Below, one piece after another: positions 51,878 to 64,000 of a stretch of DNA of 64,000 nt. Each line of letters starts with the position of its first letter. The first letter of the stretch is position 1. Made by a program: the position numbers and the translations under genes. Under the pieces are notes generated by a model. It had not been told where the DNA came from and did not search any database. It saw only the letters and a list, made by a program, of their open reading frames with translations. Source of the DNA: Azolla caroliniana (Eukaryota > Plantae > Polypodiophyta); assembly GCA_043228905.1 (NCBI GenBank), contig JBHGNT010000016.1:16244001-16308000 (forward strand), written 5' to 3'.

Positions 51878-54800
51878 TATAAAGTCGATTTTTGCTCGTA
51901 GGAAAAGACCGTGACAAATACATTGGATGCGAAGGTATAAAAGAATAAAGCACAATATGAAAGGTCCAAGAGTTAAAAGATAAATGAAATTGAAGAGAAA
52001 TAAAGTTAGAGGTGTTTTTCAAAAGTAGAAAAAGCAGATAAAAAGAAAAAGAAGAAAAACGCAAGAAATTAAGCAGAAAAAGCAAGGTAGAGAAAAAAGC
52101 TCATAACTTCTTCATCTCTTATCCAAATTTCAAAAGAAAATATTGTAAGAAAGCTAAGAGAGAGAGATTTTTGTATGACAAATTTGGATGACAAACCAGA
52201 AATAATGATATAAAAAATGCACCACACAAACTCAAGGATATGTAAAAGAAAAGAAAAGAAAAGGCAAGAATAACGCAACTAAAAACCTATAAGTATGCCG
52301 TATTCTTAGCAATTAAGGGGGATGGAGGAAGAATAGAATATCTACAAGGAAGGGATAGAAGATCTACAGGAAGAGTGAAGAAGAAGAAGTGACAAAGAAG
52401 AAGTGAGGAAGAAGAAGAAGATTAGAATAAGTGAGAAGATGATTAGTAGAAAAAGACGGAAAGATTATTTTAGTAATAGCATATTGCAGTACTTATTTGG
52501 GGTTGTTACTCTTGGAGTAGAAAAGTATTGTATTCTTTTCTTATTAGTATATTGAACTATTCTTTTTTCTTCCTCTTCTCTTCTCTCTCTTCTTATCATT
52601 TTTGGCGCTCCAAGGAGGGCCGATCCTTTCCGTATAACGGGAGGAATGGTCGTCCACTCATTGATGGTTGGATCTACCAATTCATCATCAAACTGATGGC
52701 AAGGTATGGAGTTCGCGATGCGATAGATCTACGAAGAGAACTTTTCCAATTGCGTATGGTTTCATCAATGTTCTACCTCGAGTATGAGAAGACGTTTTTG
52801 GATATATGGTCCACTTGGATTCGACTTGTTGGAGGCGTTGAAGATGTATACTTCAAGATGCAAAGATTCAAAGTAGGGCTAGATCCATATTTTCAATATG
52901 AAGTGCATATGAAGTACCCAAGGTCTTTCCATGATTTACTTCGAGTATGTCAAAGTTATGATCAACAATTGAAGAAGCTGTTATTCGGCGAAGCATATGG
53001 AATATCAACGTCATATACTATAAATCCAAGTTATGAGAATTGTGGATCAGTCATGAGCCAACAACCAACATGCTTGCAATGTCCGATTCAACAAGTTCCC
53101 TCATATCATTATTCTAATTTTTGGAGTTATGATGATGTCTATGAAGGTGATTCCAGAGACAAAGAAGAAGAGGTGGTGAATGTAGAGTTCCCCCATCTAG
53201 TTCATGAGGACAACCATGATATAAAGAATGACGATGTGAAAGAAGAATCCAAGGAGATTGTTATGAGAAGCGATGCTATGGATGGTGATGCCAATGCACA
53301 TTATGTTGAGGACATTATTGATACAACAAGCGATATGGTAATTGATGATGAATATGTGCAAGATGAAATGGAAGATATGATAGAAAAAGTTGTTGATGGT
53401 GAAGTACCCATAACGGAGTTGCAAGATGAAGAAGGTAACCTAGAAGTGATAGTTGGAGATTGGCTTTTGGAGATCAATGTGTGTAAGGAAGCATTGGTAA
53501 GTGCCAAGGTGCAGTGTATGAAGGTGTTCGTGCAAGATTTGTGTTTTGGATTTGCATTAAGTAGCAACAAAGTTATGTGGGCATCAATTCTTCAACAACA
53601 ATTTGATCAAGAGCCAAGAGAATTACTTGTAATGCATGATTGGAGTATCATGAACTTATCACCATCAAAGGATCCACAACAACTAATCAAATGTATAGAG
53701 GAGAAGGAATCATCTATCGACAATGGCAAGCAAGAAGAGGAAAGCATAACAATTTATGAATGTTCATGGGATAGAGAAAACAAATCATTCCACATGGTGT
53801 CTAAGGAGGAAGAAGAAGTCATTGAAAAGAAAAGCATTATCACCTTGGAGGAAAAAGAGAAGATGATTTCAAACGATATCCAAGGAGAAGAGCATCTAAG
53901 GTTAATTTTCCTACTTTCTAAGTTTCCAAAGTTATTCATAATTGACTATTCACAGATAAGAGGAGAAGACATCAAGCACCACATCAAGTTGGAAGATTTG
54001 AAGTTTGTATCACCTATTGTTGTGGTTCAAAAGAAGAATGACATCGATTTCAAACCCTTGAATGATTCGATCAAACAAGATCAATTTTCACTTCCCTTCC
54101 AAGATGATATTGAAGATGAAATGGTTGGTTATACAAAACAAGGTAGTGTGGACAATGTATTATACCAAGAAGGAATTCATATCAATGATTCAAAGATCGA
54201 CGTAATTCAAAAGATGACAATTCCAACAAGTCTTGTAGCCTTGAAGGTATTTGTGCAAAAGGTTCGCTCGCTCGAAAGATTCATTCATATGTTGACATGC
54301 TTACTTCTATCAAAAGTTATGTATCCCATGGCCCTACTAATATTTGGAGAGCCGTGGAAGATATAATAATTCTTGTAACCTCTTTCTTTGTGTTGACAAG
54401 GAGAAAGATGGTGGTGGATATTGTCAATGTGTGTGTGTATGTGTCTAGGAGTGTGAGGTTTTTCCTATCGACTAGCGGGGGTTTTACTCATATAATTTGT
54501 TTCTTTTTTATTTATTATCTCCTTCTTTGTCTATAGCCATGAATAAGGCGAAGGAGAAATTTTGGTTTTATTAGTAACTTAGGGTTCACCATAAATGGTT
54601 CACCAAAAAGCAAGGAGGGGGGCTAAATGTGAAATCGATTTTTGCTCGTAGGAAAAGACCGTGACAAATACATTGGATGCGAAGGTATAGAAGAATAAAG
54701 TACAATATGAAAGGTCCAAGAGTTAAAAGATAAATGAAATTGAAGAGAAATAAAGTTAGAGGCGTTTTTCAATAGTACAAAAAGCAGATAAAAAGAAGAA

Positions 54801-55452
54801 GAAGAAAAACGTAGGAAATTAAGTAGAAAAAGCAAGGTAGAGAAAAAAGCTCATAACTCCTTCATCTCTTATCCAAATTTCAAAAGAAAATATTCGTAAG
54901 AAAGCTGAGAAAGAGATCTTTTTGTATGAAAAATTTGGATGACAAACCAGAAATAATGATATAAAAAATGCACCACACAAACTCAAGGATATGTAAAAGA
55001 AAAGAAAAGAAAAGGCAAGAATAACGCAACTAAAAACCTATAAGTATGCAGTATTCTTAGCAATTAAGGGGGATGGAGGAAGAATAGAAGATCTATAGGA
55101 AGAAGTGAAGAAGAAGAAGTGAAGAAGAAGTGAGGAAGAAGAACAAGATTAGAATAAGTGAGAAGAAGATTAGTAGAAAAAGATGGAAAGATTATTTTAG
55201 TAATAGCATATTGCAGTACTTATTTGGGGTTGTTACTCTTGGAGTACAAAAGTATTGTATTCTTTTCTTATTATTATATTGAAGTATTCTTTTTTCTTCC
55301 TCTTCTCTTCTCTATCTTTTTCTTCTCTCTCTCCTTATCATTTTTGGCACTCCAGGGAGGGCCGATCCTTTCCGTATAACGGGAGGAACGGGCGTCCACT
55401 CATTGATGGTTGGATCTGCCGATTCCTCTTTTTCTTCTCTCTCTCTTCATCA
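51878..55452 (+). mobile_element. Non-autonomous LTR element (TR-GAG-like) with ~810-825-bp LTRs (51878-~52687, 54628-55452), inserted in chromovirus RT
   Basis: Perfect TSD CATAC (51873-51877, 55453-55457); PPT AAGGAGGGGGG before 54628; single internal ORF. Confidence 0.9.
52696..54366 (+). CDS. Gag-like protein fused to an acidic region and vestigial RT fragments (556 aa, no stops)
   Basis: ELFQLRM..RFKVGLDP..YPRSFHD (gypsy gag-like); HHIKL, SPIVVVQKKN, DFKPLN, FSLPF, EGIHINDSKI (RT pieces without YxDD). Confidence 0.72.
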   Translation: MARYGVRDAIDLRRELFQLRMVSSMFYLEYEKTFLDIWSTWIRLVGGVEDVYFKMQRFKVGLDPYFQYEVHMKYPRSFHDLLRVCQSYDQQLKKLLFGEAYGISTSYTINPSYENCGSVMSQQPTCLQCPIQQVPSYHYSNFWSYDDVYEGDSRDKEEEVVNVEFPHLVHEDNHDIKNDDVKEESKEIVMRSDAMDGDANAHYVEDIIDTTSDMVIDDEYVQDEMEDMIEKVVDGEVPITELQDEEGNLEVIVGDWLLEINVCKEALVSAKVQCMKVFVQDLCFGFALSSNKVMWASILQQQFDQEPRELLVMHDWSIMNLSPSKDPQQLIKCIEEKESSIDNGKQEEESITIYECSWDRENKSFHMVSKEEEEVIEKKSIITLEEKEKMISNDIQGEEHLRLIFLLSKFPKLFIIDYSQIRGEDIKHHIKLEDLKFVSPIVVVQKKNDIDFKPLNDSIKQDQFSLPFQDDIEDEMVGYTKQGSVDNVLYQEGIHINDSKIDVIQKMTIPTSLVALKVFVQKVRSLERFIHMLTCLLLSKVMYPMALLIFGEPWKI

Positions 55453-56223
55453 CATACCTATTCCTAATGGTGACTTTATTCAAGCCAAGGTAATCTACGA
55501 CGAGACGAAGTGATCCATCCTTTTTCTTGACGTAGAAAATGGGTACGCCAGCTAGATATTGAATGTCAAATGAAACCATTTGCGAAATTCTCCTGTATAT
55601 AGGCTCAAAGGACTTCTAGCTCGGTTGGTGACAAATTGTAGATCGGTCCTCATAGTGTCTCTTTTCCCGGTTGTAGATCGATGCAGCAATCATACGGTCG
55701 CTGGTGAGTAAACGTATTGTCTTGTACTTTATCGAACACATTGGCATAATGACGATACTTCTCTGGAAGTTTTACGGTGGACTCCTCTTTAGTGGTGTTG
55801 GAGGGTTTTATTGATATTGTGAAGAGAAACATTTCTTCCTTGCATCCTTCCTCACGCAATTGATCTAGCAAAATGGTTGGAATCTTATGAGTAGATCTTC
55901 AGGTTTGTCGATACCGGATTTGTCTTGTTCTCCAATCTATGTTTGGATTATGTAATTCAAACCATGTTACTCCCAAAACAATGGGATGTTTTGGGACACT
56001 AATTACATTAAATGATGCTACAAACGCTAAATTATCTAGGACAATATTAACAGGCTCTGACTCTTCTATGATATTTCCGGAAGCAATGGAACATCCATCA
56101 ATGACTTCTACAGAGGCTGGACACGGGAGTTTTCTTAGGGATATCTAGTGAGCTTGGGCGAAATTCTTATCCATGAAGCAAGAACTAGCTCTGGAATCTA
56201 GGAGTGGTAAGACATATACTACA

Positions 56224-59200
56224 TGTCGAGTGAATCGTTCTGTCAAATCAGAATATACGAACTACGCGCTGAAATACATATCACCCAAATATGCCAGAAA
56301 GACAAGTTAAAGAACTATGCACAGAGATATACGTGGAAACCCTAAAGCGGAGAAAACCACGGGAACAAATCTTCACTATAGACAGTGGATAAAGAACACT
56401 GAGAGGATTACAACACTCTTACAGGTGGATTAGCCACACGGGGCTCTTCGTGTCTGTTGTTACTCACACAGCTATGGTGCGGCTCACACGTCTCTCTCTA
56501 GCTCTCTCTCCGCACAGTCACACAGTTCACTTGCATTTAGCTTCTTCTATTCTACATACTTCTTAAAGTTTGCCCTAGTTGCATATATACTTACACAACT
56601 TTCTGGCTATTTACATATCTAGCCCTCATGGGGCGCACATTCAAACTATTTACAAGTATAGTCTCCCGAGTCCCTCATCAACTCGGGTCCTCTCTCTTCC
56701 CATTCGGAGGGACCGTTTTTCGACTCTTCGACTGTCGGCTTTCCGAACAGTCGGATCTTCCTTCCACTGGAGGGACATATTCCCAACAAAACTCTCCCTT
56801 CACTCCTGTGGGAGGAAATCTGTCAGTCCTGTATTCTGTCGACAGACTCTAAGTCTGTCCATAGGTAGGTTCTTTGTCAACATGTCGGATCCATTGTCGT
56901 CACTATGGATCTTTACGAGAGAAAACTCTCCTTCTTTGACTCTCTCTCTCAACCAATGATACCTTCTCTGTATGTGCTTGGTCCGAGAGTGGTATGTCTT
57001 GTTCTTGGCTAGATGTATGGCACTTTGGCTATCACAATGAAGCACGAACTTCTTTTGCTTCATGCTAGTTCGGTGAGAAAACTCTTTATCCAGATCAACT
57101 CTTTTCCGGCCTCTACCGGTGCCATATATTCGGCCTCTGTAGTAGACAAAGCCTATAGTCATGATTGATACGACACAACTCCCCCTGCATAGCTCATCAC
57201 GTACCCTAACGTGGATCGGCTCGAGTCGACAACTCTTGACCTGTCCGAATCGGTAAAACCTTCCAGCACAGGTTTTCAGACACCATACCTTAGGCACACC
57301 TCTCAGGTACCTTTCAGGTACGTGAGTATCCACTTCACTACTGCCTAGTGTTCTCTCCCTGGATTACTCATATATCGGCTTACTGCTCCCACAACAAGTA
57401 CTATGTCCGGTCTCGTACAGACCATAGCATACATTAGACTGCCGATTACTGAGGCATATGGTACCTTCTTCATCTCAGCCTTTTCCTTCTGCCCTTTTCC
57501 TTCATCTCAACCTTTCCCTTCGCATTCAATCTACAATTTGTCGGCAACACGGAGCCGACTGAGTTTGCCTCTGAGATGTTGAATCTCTCTAGGATCTTCA
57601 TCACATACTTCTGTTATGACAGCCATAGTGTCTTCAGAGCTCTGTTTCGAACTACGTGCATTCCTAGGATTTGCTTTGCCGGTACAAGGTCTTTCATGGC
57701 AAACAATTTGCCGAGAGCTTTCTTGAAGCTTCCAATCTTCCTTGTGTCTTGACCGACTATAAACATATCATCAACATATAGCAAGAGACGAAGAAATCTC
57801 CTTCCTCGTACCTTTTGACGAACACACAGTGATCGGTCTGTGTTTTCTAGAACCGATGTTCCATGATGAAGGCCTCGAATATCTTGTACCATTGGCGTGG
57901 AGCTTGTTTCAATCGGTACAAGCTTTTCCTCAGTCGACACACCAGATTCTCTTCCCCTTTCTTCTCAAAGCCTTCGGGTTGCTGCATGTATATTTCTTCT
58001 TCTAGCTCCTCGTGCAGGAATGCGGTTTTGACATCCAACTGTTCAATCTCCAGATCCATATTGGCTGCTATGCTCAGAATAGCTTGTATGGATGTCATCT
58101 TCACGACTAGTGCAAATATTTCGTCAAAGTCGACGCACTTCCTCTGTTGGAAACCCTTTACCTCTATGCGGGCTTTGTACTTGGGCTCGTTGTCGACTTC
58201 TCCAGTCTTCACCTTGTAGACCCATTTATTCCTGAGTGCTTTCTTACCTTTCGGCAGCTCTACTAGGTCGTAGGTGTAATTCGCGTGCAAGGATTCCATC
58301 TCCTCTTGCCTCACGTTCAACCATTTTTCTCTACTCTCATTGGCAATGGCTTCTTCATAGCACTCCGGTTCACCGTCATCAATCAAGAGGATGTATTGAC
58401 TGGCATATGTAATCAGTGCCTTCCTTTCTCTGAGTGGATATCTTCTTCCACTCGTTGTTGGCTCTCTTTTGGATGTCTCTACCAACTCTTCTCTCTGCTC
58501 GGGATTCTGCTCATCAATCCACATCTCCAGGTTGAACAACTCCAACTCATATTCCTCAAATGATTTTAGCAGATCTGCTGACTCAAACTCATAGTCTGTC
58601 AGTCTTTCCGAGTCGACCAACTCAGATTCCGCTATGTCAGGCAGCTGCCTCCTTATAGCTGCCAGTGACGACACATTTGGCCTTAAGTCGATGGTAGTCG
58701 AGGTTGACTAGGGAGTCGGTTCCGACTTCTGTTGCTTCCAATCTTCAATTGTCTTATCTTCAAGAAAGACGACATCCCGACTTCTCACTACCTTCTTGTC
58801 GACTAATTCCCACAACCTTTAGCCAAATTCATCTTCCGAGTATCCCATAAATATGCATGCTTTTGACTTGTTGTCAAGCTTTGACCTCTAATCCTTTGGT
58901 GCATGCATATACGCCAAACATCCGAACACCCTCAGGTGTTGGTAGGAGACATCCCTCCCTATCCACACCCTCTGTGGGACATCACCCTTTAATGGCACTG
59001 AGGGAGACCTATTGATCAAATAAACAGATGTGTACATCGCCTCGGCCCAATAGGATTTTGGCAATTTTGCATGAGAGAGCATGCTTCTTACTCTCTCCAT
59101 GATCGTTCGATTCATCCTCTATGCAAGCCCGTTTAATACTGAGGTCTTTGGCCCTGTGAATTCGATCCGAATACCTTGGCACTTGCAATATTTCTCGAAC

Positions 59201-61471
59201 TGCCCTTTGTACTCGCCACCATTGTCGGTTCGGACAAAATTCAATTTCCGACCCAACTCTCTTTCGGTTCTTGCCTGGAACTCCTTGAAAACCGACAGTA
59301 CTTGATCCTTCAACTTTAGTACGAAGGGTTATGTCTTCCAACTATGGTCGTCAATAAATGTCACAAAGTAAAGCCCACCTCTATGTGAAGGAGCATCCAC
59401 TTGGACTAGTTCCAATGCAGCTTCTCTTCTTCTCGGTGGTCTTGAGTGGAATTCCGCCCTATTCTGCTTTCCGGCTAAGCAGTCGACACACTTTTCCAAG
59501 TGCACTCCCTTGACTTCTGGTAGAAGTTTATGGTCAGCTAACAGGTGCATTCCCTTCTCACTCATGTGGCCTAACCTCTTATACCATATCTCCCCTGCTG
59601 AGTCGGTTGCCACGTTTACTTCCGATTTACACAGTCGGGCATGCATCATGTACAATGTGCCTTCTTTCTGTGCTCGGGCCACTATAAGATTTCCTCGGTA
59701 CAACTTCCACTTGCCATTCCGAAAACTACCATTGTAGCCTTCGTCATCAAGCTTTCCGGTCGATATCACATTCAATCTAATATCAAGGACGTGTCGAACA
59801 TCCTTCAACCTCAATTGACACCCTGTCAACGTCGTTAAGCATACACTTCCGAGTCTGATTATCTTACACTCTCCACTATCACCCATCTTTACATAACCAT
59901 GGTCCCCGGCTATGTAAGTCGAGAAGTACTCTCTCAACGGAGTTATGTGGAATGATGCTCCGGAATCGATCACCCAAGTGCATTCTTCACTTGCAAGATT
60001 TGCACTTGTTTGTTCACAAATGAACAGTAGTTCCTCATTGCTCGTAGCAATGGCTGAAGTGTTCTTGTCATCAAGAATCTTCCTGGGTTCGACATTGTTT
60101 CTGACACACTTATCTTTCTTCATGTGTTGGTAGTGCTTCTGGAAGTGTTCACATTTTCTGTAATAGAAGCGCACAGTCTTACCTCTAGACTTCAATCTGG
60201 CGTGGGATTTGTCCGTTTGCTGCGGACTTCTTCTTCACCGGTCTCTTCCTCTGTCCATGTGTTGAGTCAGATTCGACTCCGTTTGGGACAAGACTCCTTT
60301 GTCTTTCCTCCTTGCCTCCTCATTTAGGATTCTTGTCCTCACCGTCTGTAAAGACAAGTTCTCTTCTTGACAGGAGGTGCTAAGAGTAACCACTAGGTTC
60401 TCCTAGTTGTCCAGTAGCGTGCACATCAGCAGGATGGCCTGCATTGCATCATCTAGGGGAAACTTGGTCGCAACAAGTTGATTTACATACCCCATGAACG
60501 TACTAATGTGTTCGAGATGCTCTCACCATCTTTGTATTTCAGTCATACGACTTTTCTCATCAACAAGGTTTTATTAAGCATGTTCCTCCTCTCATACAAA
60601 CCTTACAGCTTCTGCCACATCTCATAGGAATTTGTGTCATTCACCACATGTTGAAGGACACTTACATCAACGCATTGTCGAATAGTGGCCACCGCCTTTC
60701 TATTCAGAAACTTCAAGTCTGACTCCAAACCCCCCCTAGGTATTTCAGCTCTATCGATCGGCTCGTACATGTCTTTAACTATGAGATGGTCTTCCATCTT
60801 TATCTTCTAGTCTGCATAGTTTTGAGAGTTTAGAACTATCATACCTTGGAATCCGCTCACACCTCCTTCCATGATTGCACCTCAAGCTTTGATACCAATT
60901 TGTCGAGGGAATCATTCTGTCAAATCAGAATATACAAACTACGCACTGAAATACACATAACCCAAATATTCCAGAAATACAAGTTAAACAACTATGCACA
61001 GAGATTTAGGTGGAAACCCTAAAGCGGGGAAAACCACGGGAACAGATGTTCACTATAGATAGTGGATATACAACACCGAGAGGATTACAACACTCTTACA
61101 AATGGATTAGCCACACGGGGCTCTTCGTGTCTGTTGTTACTCACATAGCTATGGCATGGCTCACGCTTCTCTCTCTCGCTCTCTCTCCGCACAAACACAC
61201 AATTCACTTGCATTCAGCTTCTTCTATTCTACATACTTCTTAAAGTTTGCCTTAGTTGCATATACATAATATACTTAAACAACTTTCTGGCTCTTAAATA
61301 CCTAGCCCTCATGGGGCGCACATTCAGACTATTTACAAGTATAGTCTCTCGAGTCCCTCATCAACTCGACTCCTCTCTCTTCCCATCCGGAGGGACTATT
61401 TTTCAACTCTTTGACTGTCGGCTTTCCGAACAGTCGGATCTTCCTTCCACTAGAGGGACATATTCACAACA
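56224..61471 (-). mobile_element. Full-length Ty1/copia, Tnt1/Tork-like (LTRs 56224-56788 and 60901-61471), inserted in chromovirus protease
   Basis: TSD CTACA/CTAGA; PBS TGGTATCAAAGC 60886-60897; PPT GAAGGGAGAG; WVIDSGASFH, RTDNGGEY, QLDVKTAFLH, CDSQSAIHLAKN. Confidence 0.93.
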
Positions 61472-61599
61472 CTAGAGAGGTACTTTTAGTAATAATTGTT
61501 ACTTGAGCTAAGAACACATTGCTAACTTGCTTAGAGGTAATGAAACTACTAATGGGTTACAAGGATTTAGGGTTGTCCAACCAAACGGCTTTTATTTTG

Positions 61600-62415
61600 G
61601 CTAGACTTAGTCGTTTAACTAAGTGTCAACTTATGTGGGTAGGAAGTTGCGAAAGAAAAAGAGAAACTGTGAGATATCCCACATAGCCAGGACAAATAAG
61701 GCTCTCACCATGTATATGGTAGAGCAAAAGCTACTATCTTTGTGTTTATGTGTGGAACAGAGTGGGTTGGCCTAGCTACTTTTAGAGGTTTTGGCCAACC
61801 AAAACCGAACCGGCAGCAACCTACAACGAAGCCAACGGACCCGGTGAGCCAGCGGCGACTGGTGACCAACATCTGGCGAAACGGTAACCGGCATCCGGCG
61901 ACCAAAGCAATAAATAAGTATATATATATATATATATACACACACACAAGGAGGGCAAGTGAGGATTCGAACCTTACTCCTCAAAGTTGAGAATCAAGAG
62001 GCTTACCACTAAGACAAGACATTCACTTGAAATTATATTTTTATCATTGTACTTTTACATGTAAATTCTCATACATGAGACCTTGAATGAGTGACATGTA
62101 GCGCATGAGCACCAAATGGCAAACATGCATCACATGCATCATATGCATGGGGGCATCTATAAAAGGGTAGATGAAAAATGTATTAGGAGCCATGTATTGA
62201 TCAAGTAATTAATAAAGAAAAAAATCTTCTCTAATTGATGGTGTATCTTGTCTCTGAAATCTAAATTTAAAAGATCAATCTTATTTCAATATATCTCTCT
62301 CTCAATCTATCTTAAATCCATTCTCGCTAAAGGTAAGGAAACTTTGAATCCTTCCGGTCCAGAACCCCGACGGTTCCGCCTCACGATCCGCACCTAGTGA
62401 CGGATCTTCACGACA
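61600..62415 (+). mobile_element. LTR fragment of another family replacing the 3' part of chromovirus gag; left end undefined
   Basis: TATAAAAGG at ~62158; ends ..CACGACA at 62415 where gag resumes; no TSD found. Confidence 0.5.
61956..62029 (-). ncRNA. tRNA-like sequence or tRNA-derived SINE head (not a canonical tRNA gene)
   Basis: A-box-like TGTCTTAGTGG (62006-62016), B-box GGTTCGAATCC (61963-61973), terminal pairing CAAGTGA/TCACTTG, followed by a (TG)n(TA)n tail. Confidence 0.5.
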
Positions 62416-62990
62416 ACACAATCTCCGGATTTTGTTGATTGTTGTCCTAACATTGTTGGTATCCCCAAAATAGGCTTTAATAAACTCTTCGAAATCATTT
62501 AACAATGGAGAGCTTTTTTCTAATAGGGGGCAAACCATGCGAAAGTCGTGCCACTAAATAGAGTGCGTACTAGTCCCACTCGTGATGCTTCAGTGGGATA
62601 TTCAGAAGGGTGCATTTGAATCACTAAACATACCTAACTGAGCAAACCTCTAAATTGTGATCAGGTCCCACCAAATTTTGAAGGAAGACCTATCTTGGGC
62701 TCTTTGTGAATCCCTTGAGTGCTTGATCCTTGTTGTTGGACTGATACAATAGTCGCTTCAAGTTGTTGTACACGTAACATCAACTCCCCGTCTTGTTGTT
62801 TTTCCAGTGCTATTTGTTGAAAATCCCCCAACAAAAGGTGATTTTCTTGTTTTAGTGCTACAAATTTCTCTTTTAAGCATTTGAGCTCCAAGAAAACAGA
62901 TTGGTATTCATGAGCACTAACAATTGCCATTTTACTAGGCAGGATATGAGGATTAGTATAAAGGGAAGGAGGGGTAAGGGAAACCGGAAC

Positions 62991-63001
62991 AATCGGTTCA
63001 A
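62991..63001 (-). promoter_or_regulatory. Non-tRNA primer-binding site complementary to the element's own predicted transcript 5' end
   Basis: Minus-strand TTGAACCGATT, 2 nt inside the 5' LTR boundary, is the exact complement of minus-strand AATCGGTTCAA at 63198-63208. Confidence 0.8.
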
Positions 63002-64000
63002 ACTGTCAGGAATAGTACTAAAACAGAGAGAGAATTAGTACTAGAGAAGGGAAGTACTATGAGGATTAGTACTAAGAGGAAAGGGATTGTGTAACACTCA
63101 CGAGAGAGGAAGAGAGAAAAGGGGGGAGAGAGAGAGAGAGAGAAAGAGAAAGAATGATTATAACATATGATATATTATATGAGGCTTAAGACTGGCGTTG
63201 AACCGATTTGGTTCGAAATAATGCCTTGTTCCTCCTTTTATAGTGTTCTCAGGAGTACTCCAGAAGTTTCTAGAATGTTCCAGAGAAATCTGGAATATAT
63301 ATCAATTTTCTATAATAAAACTTAAACGAAAATAATATCTTTTGTATCACAACATATAGTTAACAATCAAGAGCTCAACCCATGTAACATAAGGTCATGG
63401 GTTCAAGTCTTGCCATATCATGACAACAACAGTTCGACAACCGGAAAGTTTTTCCGAAGCAACCAAGGATCCAAGGTGGGTCAAAGCTATGAACGAGGAG
63501 ATGTAGGCCATATGCAAGAATGAGACATAGGATCTCGTCCCCTCACTCTGTTAACCGCTACAAAGCTCGAATTGTAGAAAAGGCTATACACAAACACATG
63601 GAGTTAACTACGAAGAGACCTTTGCCCTAGTGGCAAAGATGACAACTGTAGGAACCGTGATTGCACCTGTAGTGGCAAGAGGGTGGCACCTCCACTAGAT
63701 GAACGTCAAGAACGCTTTTCATCAAGGTGAATTAGAATAGGTGTACATGGTACAACCACCCAACTTCGAATTGAGAACCCATCCAAAAGTGATCTGCCGA
63801 GTAAAGAAACCACTCTATGGCCTTAAGCAAGCACCACGTGCTTGGCACTTGAAGATAACACAAAATTCATTGAATCGGCTTCTAAATATTGAAATAAGAC
63901 AACTCCCTCTACATAAGAAGTGATTCTGGAAGTCCGATTGTCATCATCCTATATGTGGATGATCTAGTCATTGGAGGTGAAAATTTATCTCATATTCTCC

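Larger units (their letters stand above)
48780..63425 (-). mobile_element. Ty3/gypsy chromovirus (Tcn1/Tf1-sushi-like), full length, with three nested inserts; LTRs 48780-49216 and 63004-63425
   Basis: TGTCA..TGACA LTR pair; PPT at 49217-49230; chromodomain YEVAAILDSK..YLVDWLGY; DASDF/DHKNL RNase H; [10 protein letters not shown]; LLDS protease; PEG10/sushi-like gag (62416-62930); TSD degenerate (GCAGT/ACAAC). Confidence 0.92.
45087..64000 (+). mobile_element. Ty1/copia family B (5' LTR 45087-46400, PBS 46401-46412, gag-PR-INT to 48779, RT resumes at 63426); hosts the nested cluster
   Basis: PBS TGGTATTAGAGC; MMKVA|(T)VRQPESFSEA reading continues across the 48780-63425 insertion; YVDDL at ~63952. 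Confidence 0.88.

Noticed and set aside
52528-52695. First 56 aa of the 612-aa ORF
   Set aside because: Lies inside the 5' LTR and begins at TTG; the first ATG after the LTR is 52696
61956-62029. Functional tRNA-Glu gene
   Set aside because: D and anticodon arms do not form a canonical cloverleaf; kept only as tRNA-like

Overview
Eukaryotic land-plant DNA, probably from a moss or another seed-free plant. That is an inference from the Tcn1/Tf1-sushi-type chromovirus and the element mix; the species cannot be named. About 85% of the window is nested, mostly decayed LTR retrotransposons (several Ty1/copia families, a non-chromovirus Ty3/gypsy with a 3' accessory ORF, a chromovirus and a non-autonomous Gag-only element), plus one hAT-type MITE. 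The only host genes are a tandem pair of G-type (bulb) lectin S-domain receptor-like kinases on the minus strand. One is intact, with 2 exons and a non-RD kinase (38532-41855, ~1072 aa). Its paralog (18188-32026) carries two full-length copia insertions, one nonsense codon and two large in-frame deletions. The duplicated unit also includes a W-box-bearing 53-bp promoter minisatellite and an older TE junction. Best leads: Tf1-like self-priming in the chromovirus, an open Gag-pseudoRT fusion ORF, a Q/H-rich linker and a ~180-aa post-RNase H extension in copia Pol, a tRNA-like Pol III unit within an LTR fragment, and a possible kinase-dead decoy history of the RLK paralog. No rRNA, CRISPR or prokaryotic features were seen. 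All coordinates and mismatch counts were read by eye.
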